From Bilabrum cf. latius (Eukaryota), in NCBI GenBank assembly GCA_965178125.1, contig OZ237736.1, positions 992,001 to 1,056,000 of the forward strand: a stretch of DNA of 64,000 nt. Reading direction: 5' to 3'. The translations under genes were made by a program, and so were the position numbers. Under the pieces are notes generated by a model, which was given only the letters and a program-made list of their open reading frames with translations, was not told the origin of the DNA and ran no database searches. Each line of letters begins with the position of its first letter. Positions within the stretch are counted from its first letter, which is position 1. Of this stretch, positions 27,001 through 37,413 are shown in pieces.

Positions 27001-28247
27001 AGGAAGCTGAGGAACACGTCGGCATCGAGGGTGGCGCTCATGATCACGACCCTCAGGGGTGGCAGCTGCCGCCAGACGTACCCTGCGGGCAGAGCGTCCC
27101 CTGCCCCGGGGCTGCGCCCCACGCAAAACGCAGCCCTGGCCTCTTCAAAGTCACACTGCTCCTGGGGGTTCCTGCGGGCGGCTCCCGCTGCCGGTGAGAC
27201 GGTGGCTGCTCTTTCGGGAGATGCCTTAGTTGCACGGACCTGGCTGCTGCTGCTGCTGCTGCTGCTGCTGCCCGCGGCATGCGCATCTTCTCTAGCGTGC
27301 GACCCTGGCCTCTCCCGCTCTGCCACCCAGGCCCCGCCTGCCGAGCATCGCTGCCTGGCTGCAAGCAGCAGCATGCCCAGCAGAACGTCGCTGGCCGCCG
27401 ACCTCTCGTGTGCCTCGTCCACCACCACCACGGAGTAACGGCGGAACAGGGCGTCCGACTGGGCCTCGCGCAGCAGCAGACCGTCCGTGCAGAAGCGCAC
27501 GCGAGTCTTGCCCGTGGTCCGGTCGTCAAACCGGACGGCGTGGCTCACGCACTCGTGGGGTGAAGTCGTCGGCACGTCGCCCCTGAACAGCCCGGCGCCT
27601 GCCTCAAGGGCCCGGGTCTTCGCGGCTGCCTTGTCGTGGCCGGGTGCAGAACTGGGACCGGGTGTCGCTGTGCCGCTGCCGCGCCGTTTCTTTCTCCAGT
27701 CCCTGGTCTTGGACACCTCCCAGCCCACGCGAGCTGCCACGGTGATGGCTGCCACGCGCCTGGGCTGCGTGACTGCGATCATCATCGGGCGCAGCTGCTA
27801 GCCCCGGGGTATTGCTTCGCCCACCGCAAGTTTCTCTGCGCGCCTTTCTGGGGCCCGGCCTGCCCATGCCCAGCCCTCGGTAGCGGCGCCGTCTTCCAGG
27901 AGGTACTGAGGCAGCTGAGTGCTCTTGCCGCTGCCCGTCTCGCCGGCTACGACCAGCGCTGCGTGCTATCGGATGGCTGTAACAATTGAGTGTCGACAAG
28001 ACGCTATTGGTAGCTGCTGCCTAGTCTGTGGTAGAGCAGGCATGTTCTCCCATGTTGTTGGCCTTCGGTCTGATTGTTCACTGGCTCCTTTCTTCGTGGA
28101 AGTTTTGGTTCTACCGCGACCGCGTCTTGAGTTTGTCGCTCCTTGTCTCTATTCGGATTTAGCTGACCGCTGCATGTTTGCCTGCTTGGGCTACACTTTT
28201 ACCGGGCGCGGCACAGCCTCGCCGGCGTCATCGCCAAGCCCGAGCAT
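24042..28247 (-). CDS. DEAH-box RNA helicase (DHX33/Dhr2-like) with low-complexity insertions and multiple in-frame TAGs
   Basis: [64 protein letters not shown] and HA2 LPLDP in one frame across TAGs (27798, 26907, 26286, 25998, 25971, 25518, 24570). TGA at 24042. Confidence 0.88.
25150..25198. repeat. (GCCCCT)n hexanucleotide repeat encoding a GQGQGQ tract in the DEAH helicase
   Basis: Direct reading of tandem gcccct units. Confidence 0.9.
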
Positions 28248-28596
28248 GCTGCTGCTGGCTCACTTGCGCGGTGCGAGCACACTGCGACGATGCAAATAAC
28301 TTAAGGATACATTTACTCACAGGTTGTTTGAAAGCGACAGGTACGCCTGGAAGTGATGCAGCCCGAAAAAGATGCCCTCACGTAAGTCTCAGAACTAGGA
28401 CTGCTGCGAGGACTACCGTTACCCCGCCAACGACAGACGCCAGCTGTTGCGTACGTTTAGCTTCCCACTCGCGACCCTTGACAAGACCGAGGGCAAACAT
28501 CGTCTCGTATGGGCCGCAGGCAGGGTTTCCCCAACAATCTTTTGTTGCGTGCGAATCCAACGAAACAATGTCAACTGCCAACAAGCACCAAGAAGC

Positions 28597-29917
28597 ATGG
28601 CAGCAAACAATCAAAGCAGCTCAGTGAGCCCGTAATGATCTTATTGTTATCATGTGACCCATCGACTCCGGCACAATCTCTGTTCTCGTCCTTCTAGCCA
28701 TTCTCTGCAGATCCCTTGGGTTACAGCTGGTATCGTGGCTGCCGCTGCAGCATGCTCGCTTGCTTCCATTCTGAGCCAAAGCGCCTTCGACGCACTTGTT
28801 CTTGTGCCATATAAGTGAGCCAGTGCAAGCTCTGGAAGCTGTGCTGCCCCCGTTCTTGCAGCCAGTTTACACGAGCAGCCCTGCCTTTTGGTCTTCTCTA
28901 TGCAAGCCGCAGGTCCTACGCAATCTGGACGTTAGCAACCAGCCAGTTTGTTGAAGCTAGTGCGCTGAAAGTAAGGGCGTCTTTCCGTTATTCTTGTTTT
29001 CGCGCTAGCTCGCGAACACGATCAACCGAGCTTGGCTGTCTCTCTACCAAACCCGCTCGCAGGTAGCTCTTTCGTTGCCAGTCTTATTTTTGCTCGGAAG
29101 GATAGCCGAGAAGCACCAAGGAATGCAGAATCTAGGGATCTTGCTCATGCAGAGCGTCGGGGTGTCGTCGATCGTAGCCGCTGCGATTGAGCTCGTCAAC
29201 TTCGGGATCACCCGAGATGTTGACAGCCTCTTCGTAGCAGTCCACGGTACTGCTGGCTTGTGTGCAGCGCTGTGTGTTGCGGCCTTCCAAGCTGAGCCCG
29301 AGGAAGTCGTGGGTGCCGGTATTCGCGTGAAAGACACACCCGTGCTCCTCCTGGTTGTGCTCGCTTTTGCCAGCCTCGCCGGCTTGTCTCGGGATTTGGC
29401 CTTCCTTCTCGTCGGATTTGCCTCGACGTGGTTTTACCTGAGGTACTTTGCACCCGCGGATGACGGCCGGTTCGGCGACCCCACCGATGCCTTTGCGTTC
29501 GAGAAGCTGTGGCCGGAGCCGGTGCGACCGGCCCTCCGAGCAGCTGCTCGGATGTGCGCGGGGGCGTGCATCCGACTGCCTTGCTTCCGAGGTCAGCCGC
29601 AGGCGCCCACCGCGGGGACTGGAGGTGCCCCGCACGGCGGAAACGCGACGGTGGGCGGCATGGACGGCCGGAGCGGCGGCACCGGGGGGGCGGCGGCTGA
29701 CCCAATGGACGATCCCGTGGCGCAGCGGCGCCGCGACGTGGCGATGAAGGCGCTGAATTAGAGGCTGGCAGATATCGAACAGCGGAGGAAGGCTAGGAAT
29801 CAGCAAGTGAAGAACGCGCTGACCATGGCGGACGGGAGGCGATAGGGTGGTACAGCTGCGGGCGGGGCAGGTGCTAGTCGGGCAGACGGCGGGGCTGGTG
29901 GTGGCAATGGGGTGTGA
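28597..29917 (+). CDS. TMEM115: TMEM115-like (rhomboid-superfamily) Golgi membrane protein, 3 predicted introns
   Basis: Spliced IPWVT...LVPY...WTLATSQFVE, WFYLRYF, GDPTDAFAF, WPEPVRP, RRRDVAMKALN*RL. Reads through TAGs at 29759 and 29843 to TGA at 29915. Confidence 0.8.
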
Positions 29918-29971
29918 CGCTGATAGCAACCTTTATGTGCGCAGTAAATCGAATAAACAAAATTTGTATGT

Positions 29972-30636
29972 TCATATCCCTGTCACGTTGCTCGCGCTGT
30001 TCAGACTGTCGGCATGCTCGGCCCTCCTAGAGTCCGGTACCTCCCCCGAGCTGGCGCACATCATACACCCTCCCACTACCAATAGTATACCCAAAATAAG
30101 TCCTGTGATAAGTTGAAAGTACAGAAGTTAGCGCCCAATTTGCGAGATTGATTGTCGCCAGGACTTTAGGATCGACAACTTGAGTCTGCTCACGTAAGCT
30201 CCAGCCCTTGGATTCACCTAGTACCCGGCTTGCCACGGCCGTCACGACGAATGTCAGGCTGTTTACGATTGGCACTTGTAGTGAAAAAGCTGCGAGGGGC
30301 TGTATGTCGGGAAAACGCTGATTCGTCTCATGTCACAAGGATTGGAAGCCCTTCTCACATTCCGGTGCGGACCTCACTTTCCGATGCATACAAAGTCGTG
30401 TTCAGAACAGACCCCAGCTTATTAAATATAAGAGGCAAAATGAACCATACGTTGATTAATACTTGGATGCATTGTTCCATAGCAGCTTGCACACAAGATT
30501 TCGACCTGAGACTCTCGGCGGTTTGTGGCTTTGGCGGTTGCTTTCTCTTTGCTCCCATCGCCATCAGAGGGTTGCTAATACCCCAAAATAGTGCAACAAC
30601 AAGAAACTTTGAGAAACTGATGAGATTCAGTCCCAT
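29972..30636 (-). CDS. TMEM234: TMEM234-like small multi-pass membrane protein (2 introns)
   Basis: VALFWGISNPLM, PLIFNKLGSVL, VPIVNSLTFVVTAVASRVLGE. Last exon LILGILLVVGG ends in TGA. Confidence 0.75.
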
Positions 30637-30773
30637 CGCCCTTACGGTTGGGAAAACTGGCGATTTTTAAATATTAATTGTTATTCCGGATCGATGATGT
30701 AGCGAACCTTCACGAACTGCGATCCTCCGGCGAAATCGCTTCACTGTTGAATACGCACCGCAACAAAACTATC

Positions 30774-32162
30774 ATGTTCGGTTTGTTTGAGAGTAAAACA
30801 ACAATCCAACTCGTGAAGGAGTACGCGTAGGAGAACCCATGGATCGTTGTAGGGGGTTTGGTTGCCGTGCTCTTTTGCATCATCCTCGTCGCCTTGTGGC
30901 TGCGCGGTGGATACAACAAGTACCCCAACGCTGATATGTCTGGAAAGGTGAGATTTTGTATGTGACATGCTTGTGGATCGCGGCGCTCACGCCGTGTGGC
31001 GTTCATACGCTGATTCCGACTGTTCTGTCCAAGGTACGTGTCATCGGGAGCTCCTCATTGCTTCCATTATAGCACTCGTGCCGCATATTTTAAAGCGCAG
31101 ACAGTACTGATCACCGGTGCAAACACTGGCATCGGACTTGAGACAGCCAAAGAGCTTGCCAGTATGGGGGCTAAGGTAATATTGGGATGCCGAGACACGA
31201 ACAAGGCCAAAGCGGCAGTAAATGCCGTGATTGATCACGCCAGGACAAACGGTCGCAATACAAAGGAAGGGCAGAAAGACTCCATCCCGGGCGACGAGAT
31301 CGCAGTCTCCATGGAACTCGATCTCAGCTCGTACAACCAGGTTCGACGGTTCGCTCGCCAGTACAAAGACGAGATAGGGAAGCTGGATGTGCTCGTCTTG
31401 AACGCGGGCGTGATGCGCCTCTTCGGCTGCGAGCGACTGGAGGCCCCCATGCACCCCGGCCACGAGCTGCAATTTGCGACCAACCACTTGGGGCACTACC
31501 TGCTGACTGTGCTATTGTATCCTCTTCTATCCGCTGCCAAGAATGGGAGGGTCGTCGCGGTGTCTTCCGCCGCCGCCGAATTTTACGCGAGGAGCGGCAG
31601 GCGCATCCGCTTCGAGGACCCCCACTGGACGGAGGGGTTCGACTCGACGTCGGCCTACGGGCAGTCCAAGATGGCCAACGCGGTGTTCGCAAGGGAGCTG
31701 GCCATCCGAGGGAGGCACAAGGGGGTCACCGCCGCCTCGCTGCACCCGGGTGCGGTTGCAACCGAGCTGGGGCGGCACAGCGTGTGGTGGTTCGCCCCCA
31801 TCTTCAATTTCTTTCGCGCGTTCGCCTTCAAGACCGCGGTGCAGGGGGCGCAGACGTCCATCCAGCTGGCCGTGTGCCCCGAGCTCAACGACCCCAGCAG
31901 CGACCTCAACGGATAGTTTTTTGCGGACTGCGCCAAGAAAGATCTCTCCTGGGCGGATGATTTCAAGGATGACGCCGTAGGCAAGAAGCTGATGCGCCTG
32001 TCTGCGCAGCAGGTGAACCTGACCGCCGACGAGGCCAGAGAGTCTGAGCTGCCCGGCGCCGAGGAGGACCAGTCCAAGGCGAGGGGAGACTTCTTCGAGC
32101 TCGAGAAGACCATGGACGCATTCGTGAAGGAAAAGAAGGGCGACGGCAAGAAAAAGCAGTGA
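30774..32162 (+). CDS. Short-chain dehydrogenase/reductase, retinol dehydrogenase 11/12-like; intron 30948-31100
   Basis: N-terminal TM anchor, ITGANTGIG, NAGVM, TNHLGH, YGQSK, HPGAVATEL. G*FFADC across TAG 31914, another TAG at 30828. C-terminal KKKQ then TGA (KKxx-type ER signal). Confidence 0.9.
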
Positions 32163-32263
32163 TTTGGTGTGAGCCTGTTTGCACATGCGGTATACGAGTC
32201 AAAATAACCCCCCAAAAAATCTCGACCAAATCAATCTACCACGAGCCATAGCTCCTCTGCTCC

Positions 32264-34652
32264 TCACAGCCCCTTCGCGATCTCGCGCTTAGACTTGAGC
32301 TCTCCGGGCACTGTCGCGGACTCTGGCCGGTCGCTCAGGGGACCTCCACGCACCTCCTCGAGGGCCGCTCGCAAGTCCCGAAGCGAGTCCTCGATGCAAT
32401 CCAAGAACTTGTCGTTGCCCAGGCCGTACGACGCCACGTGGAACTGCACGCCGCGCTCGTCGTTCCCGTACCCAATGCCGTAGCTCGTACGCGACACGGG
32501 CCCGAAGCCGCCGCCATCGAGGGCCGGCGAGCTCAGCGTGCTCGTGCTCATCCGAATGTCTCCCATCTTGGCGTAGGACGAGTCCTCGAAGATGGCGGGC
32601 ATGGGGATCCCCTGCAGCTCGGCGTGCTTGCGCAAGGCGAAGAGGTGCCTATCCACGCCCTTGCCCATGAGCGCCAGCCTGCTCGTCTTGGAGTGCGTCG
32701 CGACGGCGGCCTCCAGCGCTTCCACCCTCTCCTTGGCGCTCGTGCTCGCGTCACCGAAGCACCGCACCATGGCTGCGGCCTCGGGGGACGCGCTGCGGAT
32801 CGTCTCGGTCCTGCCGTGCTTAAACCCCGCCGTGGAGGCGGACTCGTAGGTGGAGGGGACGTACCCGTGGGCCTTGTAGTGGGCCAGCTGCAGCACCATC
32901 TGCATGATTCCGTCGGGCGACAGCTTGGCCTGCTTGATGTCCTCCTTGGTCAGTGAAGGCGTCCTGTACACGTCGATGTCGCACTCTCCCATGATCCTAT
33001 CGTGGTCCTTTTCGGCCTTGGCGATGGCACCCAGCACGTCCTGAGGGAGGCTGTCGAAGTCCACCCGGCGCACCACTTTGCCCAGGTCTGCGGGCACCTC
33101 GGACTTGGGCCTGGCGGGCTCCTTGGTGGTTGCATCGTGCACCTCGTTGAAGAAGTTCAGCACCGCCACGCCGTCGCCCCACGCGTGCTCCCAGGCGATC
33201 CCGGACCGCCCGTTCTCGCACACGATCAGGTTGAACGACTTGTCGAACCATCGGTTCCTTCCCTTGCCAGCCAGCATGCACTCGCTCAAATCCTCGTGGG
33301 TGTCAGGAGACGCATCGTCCAGGGATAGGGCGAAGAGGGCCCCATCGATCTCCTGAAGGCTCGCTCGAGCTGCAGGGTCCTTGTCCATCGAGGCCCTGGC
33401 GGCGCCCCACTCGTCACGATGCATTGTGGTCAGGGCCGCCACGGGCGGCCCGGGCTTTCTGGACGCAGCGTCTGCCTTGATCGCCCTGATCTGGGCCTCG
33501 ATGGCGGCGGCGGGCAGCGGCCGAAGGTTCTCAGGCTTGCCCGTGCCCCGCTCCGCGATGCCGAGCGCTCGGGCGGGGGTGTCCTCATTGGCTTTGGCAT
33601 CCTCGAACAACTGCAGCTTGTAGGCGTGCGTGCCCACGAACACGGCGGCGTACGCATCGTGCTCCACGGACCTCAGCTCGTCCCTGCCTTGCGCCACGGG
33701 GATGCGGGTGGAGCAGAAGAGGCGGTCGTACTGGGACATGTCGAGCGGGTAGGCGCCCGCGGCGTAGGCGGCGTAGTAAGAGACCTTGGTGGGGAGGGCA
33801 GCCGTGACATTCTCAAAGACAGGGTTCTTGGAGATCTCCGGCTTGGTGTGGAAGACGTCGGGAAGTAGCGTGCGGTTCTGGTACGAGACGTAGAACCGAG
33901 CAGCTGCTCGGCAAAGGTCTGCGGCTCGTACGGCCTGCTCGTTCTTGGCAGGATCCGCATGAAGCTTCCATGATAACTATGGAGTCAAGTTTAGCGGGAA
34001 AGCGTCTCGGTTGTCTAGATACATGTCGTACCAGAACCCTGCAATGTACGACGTCTCAGGATGCTCCTTGTCCCAGGCAAGTAGCGCTTCGTGCAGCTTC
34101 GGGCCTTCATTGGATGCAAATGAATCAACAGCTGCTTCCGTCTTCTCGTACTCGCTATCATCAACAATGGCCCGCACGAATTTCTTGTACCTGCGAAGGA
34201 GTTGGATCGCGCACGAAGTAGAAGATTGTCTCTTTTTTTTAAATAATTTTGTCCGTCGTTGGGCTCGGCCTCGATACGACAACAAGTTTACTTACTGCTT
34301 AAGCGTATCATCCAGTTCGGGGATAGGGAGCTTGGGCATGGAATCCTAGAAATGCAGAGTTGGGATCGTGGAGCGGTGCAGATGAGGGTCGGCCGCATCA
34401 GTCACAGCGCCGGACATGCCACCAAAGAATCGAGCCCGACCACCGGCTGATAGATAGACTTTCTTAGCAACAACGCCCTGCGAAAACTGACATGGGAGCT
34501 GCAATGATTCGCAGAACGAGATGTTCAGTACTCCGGCAAAAAGATGTTGCGGGCGCAGCATCGATCGCATGACTTGGCGAGCGAAGTCTGGTCCCGCTCA
34601 CACGAGAAGCTTGCATAATTCCGCGCATAATCCTTGCAGAGGCTCGCTGCAT
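32264..34652 (-). CDS. CPT2: Carnitine O-palmitoyltransferase 2-like acyltransferase; intron about 34191-34293; start uncertain (34652 or 34570)
   Basis: PTLHF*DSMPKLPIP, FWYDMYL, PLDMSQY, NRWFDKSF, EHAWGDG, TYESAST, GRTETIR, GVDRHLFAL, GGFGPV. TGA stop. Confidence 0.9.
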
Positions 34653-34787
34653 TCTCGGTTATACCGTTTCTTATGGAAGGTTGCCGTTCCGTTGCTGGCG
34701 GCGTGAGATGATGAGTGCCACAGTGCCACAGTGCGGTTATCAGGTGATTGCGAGTGTGTACTGATCCGTGGTTGAAATACGCGATGT

Positions 34788-36835
34788 TCACGACCCATAA
34801 CCCAGTGAAAGCTCTCGGATGTCCTCTGGACGCCCCGTGACCCCAACTTGGAACCTCTCTGGCGATGCTGGGTCGTACTGGCTCTTCACGAGCGCGCTGA
34901 GGCTCTTCACGAGAGCTGCGTGCCTGGGGTCCCCCGCTTCGTTCTTGCTCTCCCTGCTCCCGATCAAAACCAGGTCGTCGCCTTGGTGGTCGTACAGCTC
35001 GCGCCCGTATACCCCGCTCTCCGTCCAGTCAGCCTCCAGCAGAGTCCCGTTGAACTTCCTCCACTCAATCAGGTGCCAGTCGCGCGTACGAACTGCGTAG
35101 CCCATCCACCGAATCAGCGACCGGTCCACTTTGGTGCACATGTCCGCGCCGCCCTTCCACGCCGGCACCACGCCCTGCTCGCTGCACCTCGCGTACTGAG
35201 AGAACACGGCCTGCCGCATGGTCCGGCTCGGGGTCAGCCCCGGCTGGGCCAGCAGGGGGCTCTGGTCGATTCCCTCGGCCCCCGGCATGCCGCTGGTGGG
35301 CAAACCGGCGAGCCCCTGCATCGTCGGGAACAAATCAACGGCGTGGTACATTGCAGAGGATCGGATGCCGTGCGACTGCGGCAGCCAGGGGACGGAGAAC
35401 ACGGCTGGGATCCTGGTGGAGGCTTCCCATAACGTGTGCTTGCCCAGCGTCGAGTGGTCACCAAGCTGCGAGCGGTTGAGAGACGATGCGAGTGAGAGCG
35501 AGGGAGGGGGGATGAGACAATGGCATAGGGGACGAGCATGCAGCGATCGGAAGGGAGCAATTCAGTGCAGAACGATCATGCTACTGGGAGGAGCCAGGCA
35601 GGGCCAGACACGGCTGCCATGTCATTTGCATCGCCATGAGCGCAAAACCCTCCCACTCACCTGGTACCCGTGATCCGCAGAGAACACAACGGCCGTGTCA
35701 TTCTCCAAGCCAAGCTCGTGCAAGGCATCCAGCACCTCGCCGACGAATCGATCCACGAGAGTTACGGCGGAAAAGTAGTGCTGCCTCAGCCTCATGCGCT
35801 CAGAAGGCGGGATCGGCGTGGTCGGTGTCCCGACGGGCCACCGCTCCCCCGTGGTTGCGTTGCACACCTCCGTCGCGCCGTCGAACTCATTCGTGAACGC
35901 AATATCCACGAGTGGCTCTGGGGCTAGCGGCGAAGGGGTGTCATTGAACGCAGACCCGTCGGGTGGGTACATGTCCGAGATGGCATAGGGCACCTGATAG
36001 GCCCCGTGGGGCCGGACGAAACCGACCCCGAGGAAGAAGGGCTTCCCCTGCTGCTTGGCGTACTTTAGATTCCGGACGATTCGCTCCTTCTGAAACCAGT
36101 CCCCAAACGCAGAGTAGCCGTCTGCGGGCATGGACGTGTTGAGCGGCTGCGAACACGCGGGGACGGACGAGCCGTTGCAGGAGTGCGGCTGGCGCTGGCA
36201 GCCGGTCCACACCGGCCACTCGTAGGGCAGGGTCATGCTCCAGCTGAGAGGGGCGTCCCCGTTGAATGCTGGATCAGGATGATACAGCTTGCCAACATTC
36301 AGAGAAAGGTAGTTCTGTTGCTTGAATGCCTGCGGACCCGACACGACTCGCCTACCGCCGGGTGTGGCATTCCTGAAGTTGTCAATGAAGTTGTACACCT
36401 TGATGGAATCTGGGTAGCGACCTGCAGTAATCAATGTAAATTCAAGTTCTTATGGCTGGCTAAAAAGCAGACTGGTTTGGCCGGATCGATTCAGTGCCGC
36501 ATACTCACTCGACATAAACGAGTTGCGAGACTATGCACAAATCGCGTACTGGGTGTATCCCAGCCCAAACGTGAATCCTCTCTGAGCGAGCCTATCCAGG
36601 TTGGGAGTATGCATGTACGATTGCCTGTAGGCCCAGTTCAGCGCTGGTCTCTGGTCATCCGACAGTATCTGCGAGGTGATGAGGAAAGGAGCTGTGCGGC
36701 GACCATACCATGGAGGCACAACGACTGTCATTACAATGATTGGAGCTTACTCACCAAAAGGACGTTCCTTGGTTTTGCATGCGTAAACGCGGCCACCAGC
36801 GCACAAAGCGTCATTGCTGGAGTAGTGGCGCGCAT
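34788..36835 (-). CDS. Secreted sulfatase, iduronate-2-sulfatase-like (3 introns)
   Basis: Signal peptide, NVLL|ILSDDQRP, TPNLDRLA, CA*SR, GKLYH, FFLGVGFVRPH, SADHGYQ|LGDH, DLFPT, ELYDH. TGA stop. Confidence 0.85.
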
Positions 36836-37137
36836 GTCGCCAATAACTACAAGCCAAACCGCACGCGGACCACCTACAACAACAGAAGATCAAGCGTTCA
36901 ACGATTTCCAATCGCTTCCTTGTGCGTTTGGCCGCCCTTATGCGCAGCAAATGTAAATTGATGGAACTCGTCAAAGGATCCGATCCGTGGATTGTCCGGA
37001 ACCAGGCGTGGAGCAAGCTGCACGCACGCAAACGTGCACGCCTCTCTCGGCATGAATGCAACACTTCGGTATATCCGGGCACTGCCCGCTACATCGTTGC
37101 AAACAGACAAATCGCCGGTGCCCTCGCGCGCCAAGCT

Positions 37138-37413
37138 CGCAGGTCGAGGTCACGCATCCACCCTGGCAGCCCGCAGGTCGAGGTCACGCATCCACCCTGG
37201 CAGCCCGCAGGTCGAGGTCACGCATCCACCCTGGCAGCCCGCAGGTCGAGGTCACGCATCCACCCTGGCAGCCCGCAGGTCGAGGTCACGCATCCACCCT
37301 GGCAGCCCGCAGGTCGAGGTCACGCATCCACCCTGGCAGCCCGCAGGTCGAGGTCACGCATCCACCCTGGCAGCCCGCAGGTCGAGGTCACGCATCCACC
37401 CTGGCAGCCCGCA
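37138..37413. repeat. Perfect 34-bp minisatellite, 8 copies (aggtcgaggtcacgcatccaccctggcagcccgc)
   Basis: Units start at 37141, 37175, 37209, 37243, 37277, 37311, 37345 and 37379. No spacers. Confidence 0.97.

Noticed and set aside
34340-34355. Pyrrolysine or programmed readthrough at TAG
   Set aside because: TAG is too frequent, lies in varied contexts and falls at Gln-type columns. Pyrrolysine is not known in eukaryotes and no pyl genes are in the window.
37138-37413. 34-bp repeats as a CRISPR array
   Set aside because: The units are head-to-tail with no unique spacers, there are no cas genes, and the context is eukaryotic.
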